DNA of 64,000 nucleotides, taken from assembly GCA_965644315.1 (NCBI GenBank), contig CBFFRQ010000053.1, positions 310,001 through 374,000 on the forward strand. The letters are read 5' to 3'. This stretch comes from Caecitellus pseudoparvulus. Lineage: Eukaryota > Protista > Bigyra: Bicosoecida. Shown in pieces: positions 45,906 to 58,300 of the stretch; position 1 is the first letter of the stretch, and each line of letters starts with the position of its first letter. Under the pieces are notes generated by a model. That model made no database searches and had not been told where the DNA came from. It worked only from the letters and a program-made list of their open reading frames with translations. Position numbers and translations under genes: made by a program.

Positions 45906-48344
45906 ATGCGTGCTGGGTGCAGCTGGGGTACTGCCCGGAGGGCCTGCCCTCTGCTACGGTGGGCAGCTGCATACAATGTACGCAAACAGCTCCTGCGAGA
46001 CGTCGTGGCTGGCTTGACTGTTGGCGTCATGGCTGTGCCGCAATCTCTGTCCTACGCGAGGGTGGCCGGGCTCGCCCCAGAGCGTGGTATGTACGCATCC
46101 TTCGTCGCGCTCATGGTGTATGCCGCGCTGGGTGGCAGTCCGCACCTGATATCGGGCCCCTCTGCTGTGCTTGCCATCATGCTGCGCTCTGCCGTGCCAG
46201 AGGAGTGGCAGGACGTTGAACTGCTGCCGGATGGCAGCACCGCTCATGCCCTGACAGGCAATGCCTCCCGGGCACTGTCGCTGCCGGCGCCAGGCGCGGT
46301 GCAGGAAGCCGGGATGGAGACGTACATATCGGCGGCTACCATGCTGACTTTTTTCGCGGGGGGGCTGCAACTCCTGCTGGCAAGCCTTGGCTTGGGCATG
46401 GTGTTTCAACTCATCGCTGCGCCTGTCGTAGCAGGGTTCACCTCCGGAGCCGCCTTCATCATTGCAGGCACCCAGTTCAGCGCCGCCCTCGGCCTGGACA
46501 AGTGTAGCCTTCCAGATGGTGGGCGGTGCCACTTTACAGACACCCTGGTGCATGTGCTGCAGCGCCTGCCGCAGGCGAGGTGGCCTGTCGCACTCACAAC
46601 ACTGGCCTGCTTGGCACTGCTCCTGGTGCTGAAGCTGGTCATCAAGCCGGCACTCCCTGCGCGATGGAAGCCTGTTGGCAACTTAGGCCCGCTGTGCCTC
46701 ATGCTTGTATTGACCCCCATTATGTATGCCATCCCGGACACCATGCGCACCGCGGGCCTCCGCGCTGTCGGCAGCATTCCGCAGGGTTTGCCGGCCGCCG
46801 GCTCACCCTTCCGCGTACCGACAGCTTGGACGGCGGCAGCACCGGGCAGGCCATTCTTCACAGCCCAAAACATCGGTGGCCTTGTGGCTGGCTCCATCGC
46901 TGTCGCCGCAGTCGGCTTCTTGGAGGCGTTCACCATTTCCAAAGTCGTCGCACGCAAAGCTCGCACTGGGCGACTGAACACTCGGCAAGAGCTGATCGCC
47001 ATGGGCTGCGCGAACTGCGCAGCTTCCCTTACAAACGGATTTGCCGTCACGGGAAGCTTTAGTAGGACTGCAGTGAATGTTGACGCAGGTGCGACAAGCC
47101 ACGTATCAGGGCTTGTGGCTGGCCTCACTGTGGGCCTGGCTTGCTTGGTGCTCACGCCGGTGCTGGCGTACTTGCCAGAAGTTGCTCTTGCTTCCATCAT
47201 TCTCGTGGCAGTGACCAACCTTTTAGAAGTGAAAGAAGCGCTGACCTTTTGGAAAGCCAATGCTCGTGACTTTGCAGTGTTTGCGGTCGTGTTCGTTGCG
47301 TCCCTCGTGCTTGGTATTGACGTCGGCCTTGCAGCTGGCCTAGTCGTGTCCTTCCTCCTCACCCTGACACTGCACCATGCAGAGCCAATGCTAGCAGTCC
47401 TCTTGCAAGTAGCCAGGGACGCAGCGCCTGAACAAGGATGTGTGCTGCAGGGCACGCCAGTGCTCGAACCAGGCATGGAGCGCCTTGCACAAATCCTCGT
47501 GCTGAGGGTGCCTGGAGACTTGACATTTGCAGGCTCAGAAAGGCTCCAAGAAGCCATTGAAGAAGGGCTAGATACATTGCGACTGGAGGCCATCGTTCTT
47601 GACCTCGCGACAGCCACGGCTTGCGATGCTTCCGCCGTCATTGCGCTGCGAGATGCACTCTGTGAACTCAGCGCCGCAGAGAAGTCAGCCAAAACCGGGG
47701 GGGGCTCTCAGAAGGGCCAAGTCACCATCATTCTAGGAAACCTGGCGCCGATCATGCTGCACCGATTGCAGCACACGTTGAGCTTCCTTCGTGATGCTGA
47801 CAGCGATGAACTTCCTTCTTCCACGAGCACAGCAGGAGTGGAACTTCCTGAGCCCGACTTGAAGGAAGCCGGAGTCGTAGGGTTTAGACACTTGCCCACA
47901 GCAATCTCCTATGCCTCCTTGCAGATTGCCAGCAACCGTGCCGACCCCCTGCCGTTGGCGGGGGGGGCGTATCGCCCACCTTCCGTCTTTGCTGCTGCGG
48001 TGCCAAGGGGAGGAACAGGATTGCAGGCGGATCACGTTGCCGACGTGGAGCCATACCCAGTACAGGGTGACACGACTCGCACCTGGCGCTGGCGCCCTTC
48101 ACATGCCAGTGACATGGGCTGTCCCTCTCTCTGCGCTCAGACAGTCCGGTGGGCTCGCTCGGCACTTTGCTGGGACTCAGCCCGAGACCAGGAAAGTTTG
48201 CTGGGCGACACTGAAAGGCACCCACGGGCAGCCCGACTCCGCTTGCTGAGCCTACCCGAGCCTTGGCAGGGTCTGCGCTTTCACCTACCCCGCCAACCCT
48301 CATCTGTGCCCTCGAAAGGGTCGTCATCCTCCACCTCCCCTTGA
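45906..48344 (+). CDS. SulP/SLC26 anion (sulfate) transporter with STAS domain
   Basis: Motifs DVVAGLTVGVMAVPQSLSYA, GGSPHLISGP, QELIAMGCAN and GSFSRTAVN, plus a STAS-like LRVPGDLTFA...IVLDLA...DASA. The start is uncertain. Confidence 0.92.
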   Translation: MRAGCSWGTARRACPLLRWAAAYNVRKQLLRDVVAGLTVGVMAVPQSLSYARVAGLAPERGMYASFVALMVYAALGGSPHLISGPSAVLAIMLRSAVPEEWQDVELLPDGSTAHALTGNASRALSLPAPGAVQEAGMETYISAATMLTFFAGGLQLLLASLGLGMVFQLIAAPVVAGFTSGAAFIIAGTQFSAALGLDKCSLPDGGRCHFTDTLVHVLQRLPQARWPVALTTLACLALLLVLKLVIKPALPARWKPVGNLGPLCLMLVLTPIMYAIPDTMRTAGLRAVGSIPQGLPAAGSPFRVPTAWTAAAPGRPFFTAQNIGGLVAGSIAVAAVGFLEAFTISKVVARKARTGRLNTRQELIAMGCANCAASLTNGFAVTGSFSRTAVNVDAGATSHVSGLVAGLTVGLACLVLTPVLAYLPEVALASIILVAVTNLLEVKEALTFWKANARDFAVFAVVFVASLVLGIDVGLAAGLVVSFLLTLTLHHAEPMLAVLLQVARDAAPEQGCVLQGTPVLEPGMERLAQILVLRVPGDLTFAGSERLQEAIEEGLDTLRLEAIVLDLATATACDASAVIALRDALCELSAAEKSAKTGGGSQKGQVTIILGNLAPIMLHRLQHTLSFLRDADSDELPSSTSTAGVELPEPDLKEAGVVGFRHLPTAISYASLQIASNRADPLPLAGGAYRPPSVFAAAVPRGGTGLQADHVADVEPYPVQGDTTRTWRWRPSHASDMGCPSLCAQTVRWARSALCWDSARDQESLLGDTERHPRAARLRLLSLPEPWQGLRFHLPRQPSSVPSKGSSSSTSP

Positions 48345-48829
48345 TCCCCCTCCGACAGCGTGCTGGCCGACCCACTTTGGGACCAAGGCCAAGCGATCGC
48401 ACTCGGAATGCTAGCCAATGTCGGGCCGACGGCCTCGACAACTTGCTGCAGTGCCTCAGTGACCGAAGCAGCAGCATGCTGCGCTTGGGCTGCCACCCTC
48501 TCTCCGGGAGGGGCGGCGTCTTGGCATGGACCCTCAAGCGGCGGCCTCGCAGGTGATGAAGCACCATCCTTGCTTTTCTGGGCGGCCAAGTGGTCAGAAA
48601 TGGCCTTCGGAAGGGCGGAGCCAGCACCATATGCGAATGCAGCTCCCAAAGCCAGCGCAGCTCCCCAGAAGGCCGTTCGCCTGACGCGCCGCCGCAACTC
48701 CTCACGGGCAGTGGTCACAGCCGCTTGATGCCAGTCCTGCAGCTGCTGATTTGTTTTCAACTTTTGAAGAGCACCAGTGGCTGCCTTCCAGGCCTTTTCT
48801 GCTCCTGTCCTAGCGTGCTGCTGCCACAT
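48281..48829 (-). CDS. Hypothetical single-pass membrane protein (182 aa)
   Basis: ATG-initiated ORF with an amphipathic N-terminus, a hydrophobic segment FWGAALALGAAFAYGAGSALP and an acidic tail. It fills the gap between SulP and the giant gene. Confidence 0.55.
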   Translation of the reverse strand: MWQQHARTGAEKAWKAATGALQKLKTNQQLQDWHQAAVTTAREELRRRVRRTAFWGAALALGAAFAYGAGSALPKAISDHLAAQKSKDGASSPARPPLEGPCQDAAPPGERVAAQAQHAAASVTEALQQVVEAVGPTLASIPSAIAWPWSQSGSASTLSEGDQGEVEDDDPFEGTDEGWRGR

Positions 48830-49358
48830 GGCGTTTCAGCAGCGTTTAGCTCCACCCCCCCCCTGCAGTTGAGCCAGGAGAGGTGACAAAGCGAAGCCCA
48901 GGAACTGTCCCAGTGTCCCAGACACGAGCTCTAGCCCAGCTCAGGCAGACTGGGGCAGCTGCAAAGTAAGGGGCGCTCAAATCGAGCGTGTGTTCCTCGG
49001 GATGGGAAACTGATACTCGCTGCAAGGGAAAAGCCGCTCAACGAGCCCGTCCAGCAAGCAGCCCTCCCTGTACACCCCTCGCCCGCGCCGCGACCAGAAC
49101 GACGGCAAGCGAGCATGCTTCCGTAGTAATTCTCATCGTCAACACTCACTGTGCAAGGCTCCCCGCCGGCAAGTACAGCAGTGCGACAGCAGCGCTGCGC
49201 CATCGACACCAGCTCGCAGAAGCCCCAACTTGAGGGGCGTTTCTTGGCAAGGCCCTTTCGCCAACGCCCTGCGGCACTTCCAGGCCAGCTTGCGCTCAGA
49301 GCCTCGCTCAAACACAGTTCTAGCATCAAGACTGCCCCCAGACCGGCCCCCAACGACG

Positions 49359-52300
49359 ATGCAACGTCTGCCTCGCGTGCTGCAGCTGCAGCGTCGTTGT
49401 GCTGTCGTCAGCGGGCTTCTCGCTGCCTTCGTCGCTCTGGCACAAGCCACGTGCGGGGCGACACCAGGGCTCATTGTGCGCCAGGGGACTGGAACATACT
49501 TCCCTTATGGCGGTTCGTGCCGCGCAGCTCTGTGAGCATGCTGTCAGCGTGTAACGTTGCTCGCCCCGCCAACCTCGCACAGTCGTTGCAACTGAGCTAG
49601 ACCTGCGCAACCTCGGAAGCGAGACCGGCTTCTTGCCTTACATTGACTATGGTGCGTACTGTGTCCAGTCTCACCCGCTGACAGCCCCCTCTGGGCCGTG
49701 CCAGTGACTGAGTAGACAGCCTGCGTTTGTCGCTGCGCCAGTGAGCTCGCCCAGACTGCCTATGCCGCAAACCACACTGTCGCCCCCGCTGCGCAGTCAT
49801 CCCCGAGACGGAAGTTGCGGCTTTTGTCGAAGAGCAAGTGGGGAATGATACTTTCGTCGTGCCAGGACAAGTGCCGACCGATGCGTTGGAACTTCTGGGC
49901 TCTGGCTCTTTCCTGGGCAACCCCTCCACGCCGGTGTCGCAGAGGTTCCCCGGGCACAGCAACACAACGACTTGCATCCAGCACCCGTATGATCGTGAAA
50001 CTGGCACGCTGAGGCCTGTGTGTGCGCCAGGTGGCAGTGTGCTGCTGACCTTCCGCCTGGACATCCTAAGCTACCCTCCAGGCGATGTATTCTCAGCCCC
50101 CCTCACTTTCAACTTACAGCTATTGGAAGACGACACACCATTTCAAGTGTACATGCGTGCAGGATTCATCACAGATGAGGAAGACTTTGACTTTACCACG
50201 CTGACAGGCTGTCCGCAGTTCCCTGGCACGGACGTGACAACGTGGGTCCCGGGCACCATCACGCCCCAGGCGCTAACTTTCCAGCTTCGTCAAGGAAATG
50301 GGGGTTGGAACAACGCCTTGGTGGCTGACAACAACTTCAGGACTGTGGTGCTGGAGATGGACCTGGCTCGGGGCTACTCAGTCTCCAGCGCCAACGTGTC
50401 CATGGCCTTCCCAACAAACGCTAACATTACCAGCGTCGTCGCAAATGCCGATGTCCTGAGTGCCAGTTCAGTGTCCAGCATCGACCTTCTTCAGGCAGCC
50501 CAGGAGGCACAGAGCTTTGAGTTTGGGCTGACAGACATCGTCAGCTTTGAGCCTTCGCGTGGTCCTCAGTGGCAAGGACGGATTACGGTGACATACTTCG
50601 TGCCGCGCTTCGACTTCGGTGGCGAGCCGAACTTGAGGGCGAGCACCTCCTCTCTGACTGGGAGTGCAAACCAGGGGACCGGTGGCTTCACAGCGGACTC
50701 CACCTGGGTTGTTCGTCTGAATGGTACTGCCTCTGACTTTCTTGTGTCTCCCAGTGTCATTTCTGCCCCAACATTTGGCTCCTTCGCCACAGAAGAGATA
50801 GACTTCTCGCCCTCGACGAACGTGGGGCCCTTGCAGACTCTGTCAACGGGGCGCCGCTTTGAGTTCACCCCCGCGCTCGCCTTTGAGGATGTCGTCATCA
50901 CGGCTCAGTATGCTTCGGGCTTCCTGGTCAACACCTCCACCGCCAACCCCCAGCTGGCGTGCACTGGCGTGCAGCCGGCTGTCCCAGCATCCTTTCCCCT
51001 TGCCTATGGGACACACTGGACAACATCCCCCCCGCTGTCCATTGGCGCCCAAACCAATGGAACGGCCTTTGACATGGTCTTCAACATCTCCAACGCGTTG
51101 GGTGACGCAGCCGGAGGCGTCGCACCTGTCGTGCCACACTTGCACCTCAACGCGTCGTCGTGCAGCCTCACTTGGAACGTCATCACTGCTTCAGAAGACG
51201 TATCAGGCGCTCCCATCACCCACGAGGATGCCTTTTCGTACTCCTCATCCACGTCCTTCACTGCATGTGACTACTCGCCTGTGGTTCCGGGCCACCCAGA
51301 CTCAGGTGCATGCACGGAAGTGACCAATGCCGCTGGTGGCGCCGCGAACACTGACATCACTCTTGACATTGGAAACTTGCAGCACTACATCTATGCGACG
51401 AACGGAGTTCCTTGCCAGGGCGCGTCGCCCTATGCGTGCTCTGCAGGGCTCCAAATGGAGCCGCTCATGAACGTGACATACGCCCTGGAGTACGATCTGC
51501 CCTTCACTTCGTTCCAGTCCTTGAATTTGCAAGTGTACATCCCCTCCCCCGTGTTTAAACTGGAACAAGTTGAAGCTGGCTTGCACTTCATCGCCACTCC
51601 AGCGAGCGCCGCACCCCCTCCCCTGGGCAACACTTCTCTGGGTCCGGCAGACACATTCACGGCTGCCACGGGTCTCCTGCCCAACGTGACGACGAGCATC
51701 CCACGCCAGAGAATTACATTTTCATGGGACTCGGGAGTCATCTCACCGGGCCTTGGCAGCACTGTCATTCATCTGCTGTACACTGTCCAAGTTACTGCCT
51801 CGCGCGTGGGAGACCAGGCACCGGTCGCCTCTATCGCTGTGTCTGTGGAGCAAGGAGCAACAGCAGCTGGGGCAATTCGTGCGACCTCTGCCATTCGCAA
51901 CCCTGTATTGGACCTCATGCTTGGATTCGTTACATACCAAGGCAATTCTGGAACTGGGGCTGTTCGCCCCGGAATTGTGATTCAGAACTCGGTGCCAGCT
52001 TCGTCCCCTTGGCTGGATGCGTCCCCGGTGTGGTCGCCGGGACACCGATACGAAGGGGTGGACTTTTCATTCAGCGAAGTGGCTGCGCTGGGGGGGCGCA
52101 ACTTGGCCATTACAGGCCTGGATGGCGGGGACAACGTAACCATGGTGATTGCAGTGTTCAACTTTGGTGGCTACCGTGCCGTGGGCACAAAGATGACCTG
52201 CTCGCTGCCTCGGGTGTCCCCACACCCATTCGATGGCAGCAGCAGGCAGCTCATGAACCTTGGTGGCGATGCGAACGCAACCAACTTGCGCTTCATGTTC

Positions 52301-55300
52301 GAGAACTCGACTCTCACCCCCCCTCTCTTTCCCGGGGAGCTCTTCGACGTGCCTGATTCAGTGTCCTTCAACGTCACCCCTGCCAGCATCGAGATGTCCT
52401 TCGAGTTGGGCATGCTTGCAGCAGGAACCGGCATTGGCAGCACGCGAATCCAAGGCGGTGGGTACGTGAAAATCATTGCCTTGGACTTTAGGGTGCCAGA
52501 CTTCGTCGACATCTCCCGTGCGCACGGCGCCTTCATGCCGGGTGAGGCGCGCGGGGACTCCTTAACCTGCACTCTCGATTCTTACCGTGCGACCGACTTC
52601 GGCCCTTCATTTGTCGAGCACAACGTGGACGCTGAAGTCATGAGCGCCTTCGCTGCACGTGTTGAAGTGGAGCTGAATCACTCGACTTCAGATGCCTTCT
52701 CGGCAGGCAACCGACTAGCAGACGGCGAGTTGGTCTTCCTGACTGCCTTGCTGGACATCCCGGAGGCCCATGTGGAAGCGATCATTCTCAATGTGACAAC
52801 GTTGGTCGGAGGTGTCAACGGGCGGCCTGAGTTTGTTGCGTTGGCAGATACCGACCCTGTCGTCTCGTTCGAGGCCGGCCACTTCACATCCATCAATGGC
52901 GGGTCATCCATCACGACGCAGGTCACTCCTGTCTCTTTCCTAGAGCCTGAAGCGTTCCCGACACAGACTGTGCAGCTCCTGCAGTTCCGCAACGAGCCGG
53001 ACAATGCTTTCACGTCCGATGATGTTGTGTCGGTGGAGCTGGCGTTCCGCGTGCGTGGGGCCTCCCTGGCTGCGGGCACACAGATGCAGCTCAGATCCAC
53101 CATCTTGACAGCAAACTCGCTTTCTCCACTGAACAACACATCAGTTGAGACCCTCACCTTTCGCAAGTCTACAGACCCCGATCTCGTGGCACTGAAGTAC
53201 TCAGTGCAAGGAGTTGAGGACCCACTTGCTGTGGAGGCTCATGATGTGGTGTCTGCTGTGCTCGTCCTGGGACACGGTGTGCGCGCAGACCGTACAGCTG
53301 CTTGGCCTGTCGTGGCGGCCCAGTTGTCTCACAATGCTTCTGTGGGGCTTCAGGTCATCCCTGGCGAGTGGAATAGCTTTGGAACGGCCTTGGCTAACAG
53401 CGGCTGCGCAACCAGTGCGGTGACGTCCGCCGCAGCGGCAGAAATTGTGCTCACCACCCCCTGCTCTGGCAGCGGAGCCTTCAGCTACAACGACATTTGG
53501 AACGTTTCCATGAACGCTAGCATTACCTCTGCTCTCGAGCCACTGTCAGTCATTCAGTTCGGCGCACAGTGGTCGTGGGCCTCAGGCAATGGCTCGGCAG
53601 CAGACTTGGGCAACTACATTTCACAGCTGGTGACGGCAGCTAACGAGACCGCGTACGCCCGCGTGGCTGGATTGCAGCTGAGCATGCAACAGTCCTCGTC
53701 CTCCCTGGCTAGAACACTCGACCCGAATGTCGCGCCCGGCGAGCTTGTGGGAGTGGACTTCATCGTGGACTCGCCACAATCCTCGTGGACCAGCAACCTC
53801 ACTATCGAGCTGCCACCTGGGGTTGTCGTCGTTGACTCTTTCATTTCACACATGGGGTCTGCTGTGGTAGCTTCTAGCGGGGCGCAGAATGGCAGCGCGG
53901 GAATGGTGTCCACATCGTCAGTTGTGTGGGACCTCGGCACTGTCACAGTTGATCATGGACAAGCAGATGCGCCCGAGTCTGCAACCAGGCTCATCGCGAC
54001 TGTCTTGTTCGTCGCAGACCAGGCGACGTACAACGATGGCGACTCCTTCGCCCTCCAAGGAGATGTCCAACACAAGTACTATGAACACCCAGTCGTGGCG
54101 CCATCTTTGACCTTCAACGTCGTGCAACCGGCCGCAACCGCTTCCGTCACAGCCACAGGCGCAAGCCTCGTCGATGCACACGACTCGGTGACGCTGACCG
54201 TCTCAGTCCTACACTCGGGTGCAAGCTCAGCAGCCGCTTACAATGTCCGTGTGTTTGATGAAAACCTCGTCTTGAACACGGCTTCGTCTCAAGCAACCTA
54301 CGAACTAGTCAGCGCGACTGTGGTGAGCGGCCCTTCGGGAACCGTGACTGGCACAGTCTATTCAGCTGGATCACTTGAACCTCATGAGCCACTCGAGTAC
54401 GGCCTTGTCATGGAGGCGGCCCAGTTTCCTCTGCATGCGTCAACTCCCCTTGTGTTGCGGTATGTGGTTCGCATGGCCGCTGATGTCGAGAGTGGCAGCA
54501 CACTCCCAGTAACACCGACAGTTCGGTTTTTCTCTCACCCGCTGAACACCAGCGCCGCGACAGGCTACTCATACCCCTCTTCTCTGGCCACAAATACGAC
54601 CATCTCAGCGGGATCAGCTGCCATCACCACCGAGGAGGTGGCTGTGTCGTCTGTAACCACCACATCAGACATGGTCGGCACAGGCGACGCTCTGGCCGTC
54701 GTTCCAGGCAGCGTGGCCACAGCTGTCATTTCCTGGCAAATCCCCGAGGGCAACACAACAGGCCTAAGCGTAGCTGTGCGGGGAGATATTGTGGACAGCA
54801 TCTTTGAGATCGCCGAATACGTCAACTTCACCGCTTCGCCGTCAGTTACGTCGACCTGCGGCAGCTTCCCTGACATTCTCGTAGACCCGGCACGACGCAC
54901 CATCGTGAGCTCCTTTCGGGCGGAGTGGGACTTGTGCCAGGTGACGAACACTGACTCGGACAACGGCACGCCTGAGTATTTGACGGCAACAATCCTCTTC
55001 ATGTCCAGCGCCACCAACGCTCAAGTGGTGAGGGGACGAAGAGGCCGCATTCGAGCTCAAGTGCTGTCCCCTTACACAGACCTCAGCAATGGTCCCAACG
55101 TGTTTGTACACGAGCCCACGCTTTCCATCCTCGGGTCTGTGGACCTTGGGCTCGTGGATGCTGGGGATGTGAAGGACCTAGACTTGTCCACTCAGCACAC
55201 AGGGGCTTCAAACGCTGGTGCTTTCAATGTGACCTTCGTGGACAGGACGCTGTCAAACCCGCTTTCCGGAATCAGCGTGTATTCCTGGGAGCAGACTTTG

Positions 55301-58300
55301 ATTGACCTGTCACCCTACGATGCTGAGGCACTGCACAGTGTGAACCTGTCGAGCATCTTTGCATTTGTGCTGTCACACCCGTTGGCGACGAGCGTTGGTG
55401 TTGTGTACTCAGTGCAGATGGATCCAGACATTGAGACTGCCGACACGTTTTTGACTGACATTGCTTTGACGTATCTCAGCCACCCGGCCCCACGCTACGG
55501 AGTCGCCAGGGTGTACACCCTGGACTTGAACCCGGAGCTCCTGATCGGTGTGAGCCCTTCCTCCTTCTTGGGCATTGGAGTGGTGCCAGATGGTACCATT
55601 CAACAGCATGATTGGATGGTGATCGGCCAAACTCTCACCTTCAATGCCACAGTTCGATTCCCTGAGGGTGTTTCAACTGGCACGACGCTCATTGTTGACT
55701 TTGACACCTCAGCATTCGGCATCCACTCCATCTCAACCCTTGAGGCGTCCAATGCTACCGCCCTGGTCAGCTCACATGGGTCATGGGAAGTCGTTCGCAG
55801 CTCCCACGCAGTGATTTCCGAGTTTTCGTCCCTTCAACTCGACCTGGGAGACGTTCAGAACTTCGACCGGAACGCTGGAACCAACGAAACCCTTCTCATC
55901 CGCGTGATCCTGTATGTCCGAGAACACGCGACAAACGTAAGAGGGCTGGTCAGCACGCTGACTGCAGAGATCACCAGCAGTAGAATTGCTCCTGGTGAAG
56001 TCGATGCAGTATATGTGCTCACGACTGCGGAGCCGGAGTTGCTGCCAGTCGTGGCTCCTCTTTCGACGAGTAACGTGGACTTCTTCGACATTGTAAACTA
56101 CACGGTCACTGTCCCTGCCACGTCCATGGCATTCTACAGCACAGCATTCAATGTTGAAGTCTTCGATACCACGGCGAGCACGGGTAGGTACAAGATTCTG
56201 TCAGTGCATGTTAATGGGGTGCAGCAATACTCTTCCGACCCCGGCGACCCCGAAGACGGGTTTGTAAGCCTCGGAACTGGCCCAGGCAGTGCCACTGCTC
56301 CTCAGAGAATCGCGACACACCCCGAAATCGTCGATGGGGACAGCATCTTGATTCGCTATGATGTGCGCATGAACCTGAGCGTGGAGGCGGACGAAGAGTT
56401 TTCGCCAAACATTCTCCTTGACTGGACAAGTCACCCTGACAGCACCTACCACGTGGAGCGGAACTACTCGGGCCCAGTAGCAACTCAGCCCGACATCGAC
56501 ATCAAGCGCTCCACCATCGATGTGACCGCCGTCACAGATGCTGCCACCCCCACCAACAGCCTGATGACGTACGGCTCCACTGTGACCTTGACCGTGGAGG
56601 TGACGTTCAGCGAAGGCACCTCCACAGGCGTCGTGGTGGACGTGGGCTTCGACCGCACTGACATGCTGTCGGTGGTGCGCGTGGACAGCATCACGGCACC
56701 CGCCGCTGTCAGCAGCAGCCACGGCGACTGGACGACGGAGGTGCTGGCCAACCATGTGACGGTGCGGGGGGATGACAGCGGGCTGTCCTTCGACTTCGGG
56801 CGTGTGCTGAATGAGGACACAGACAATGCCCAGGATGACACGGTGCAGATGGTCATTGTGTGCTACGCGCAGTCATTGCCGGATCCAGGGACGCATGGCG
56901 CCGGAGACGTGCTGGGCGTGACGGCAGAGCTGCAGTCGCAGGACATCGGGGCAGGGGAGGTGGAGGACAGCTTGACCTTGCGGACGAAGCAGCCCTACCT
57001 GGAGTACGCCACGACGCCTCTGCTGTCGTCGGATGTGGACTACCGGGACTTTGTCAACTACACCATCACGGTCACCAACGTGGACACGGGCAGTGAGGGC
57101 AACGCTGCGTACAACCTGGTGCTGCGTGACACGACCCTGGTGCAGGGCAAGTACCAGGTCATGGAGGTCACGACGGACAGCGGCTCGGCCTTCTTCAACG
57201 ATGTGTCTGATGGCGAGTCGGGCTTTGGCGTGCCCGGCGTGGGCAAGGGGCCGGGCATGGGTGATGTGCTGGACCTTGTGGCGACGGTGCCGTCTGTGGG
57301 ACTGGGTGGTGTGGAGGTGGTGCGGTACAGTGTGCGCATGAACCTGAGCGTGGAGGCGGACGAGGTTGTGCGGCCCGAGCTGGTGTTGGAGTGGGCCAGC
57401 CACCCTGACAGCACCTACCACGTGGAGCGGAACTACACGGAGACGAACGGTGGGGCGGGTCAGCCCGACATCGACATCAAGCGCTCCACCATCGATGTGA
57501 CCGCCGTCACAGATGCTGCCACCCCCACCAACAGCCTGATGACGTACGGCTCCACTGTGACCTTGACCGTGGAGGTGACGTTCAGCGAAGGCACCTCCAC
57601 AGGCGTCGTGGTGGATGTGGGCTTCGACCGCACTGACATGCTGTCGGTGGTGCGCGTGGACAGCATCACGGCACCCGCCGCTGTCAGCAGCAGCCACGGC
57701 GACTGGACGACGGAGGTGCTGGCCAACCATGTGACGGTGCGGGGGGATGACAGCGGGCTGTCCTTCGACTTCGGGCGTGTGCTGAATGAGGACACAGACA
57801 ATGCCCAGGATGACACGGTGCAGATGGTCATTGTGTGCTACGCGCAGTCATTGCCGGATCCAGGGACGCATGGCGCCGGAGACGTGCTGGGTGTGACGGC
57901 AGAGCTGCAGTCGCAGGACATCGGGGCAGGGGAGGTGGAGGACAGCTTGACCTTGCGGACGAAGCAGCCCTACCTGGAGTACGCCACGACGCCTCTGCTG
58001 TCGTCGGATGTGGACTACCGGGACTTTGTCAACTACACCATCACGGTCACCAACGTGGACACGGGCAGTGAGGGCAACGCTGCGTACAACCTGGTGCTGC
58101 GTGACACGACCCTGGTGCAGGGCAAGTACCAGGTCATGGAGGTCACGACGGACAGCGGCTCGGCCTTCTTCAACGATGTGTCTGATGGCGAGTCGGGCTT
58201 TGGCGTGCCCGGCGTGGGCAAGGGGCCGGGCATGGGTGATGTGCTGGACCTTGTGGCGACGGTGCCGTCTGTGGGACTGGGTGGTGTGGAGGTGGTGCGG

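Noticed and set aside
9584-48344. MTHFR + MPST + SulP as a sulfur/methionine cluster
   Set aside because: They are widely separated by unrelated housekeeping genes and are not consecutive pathway steps.
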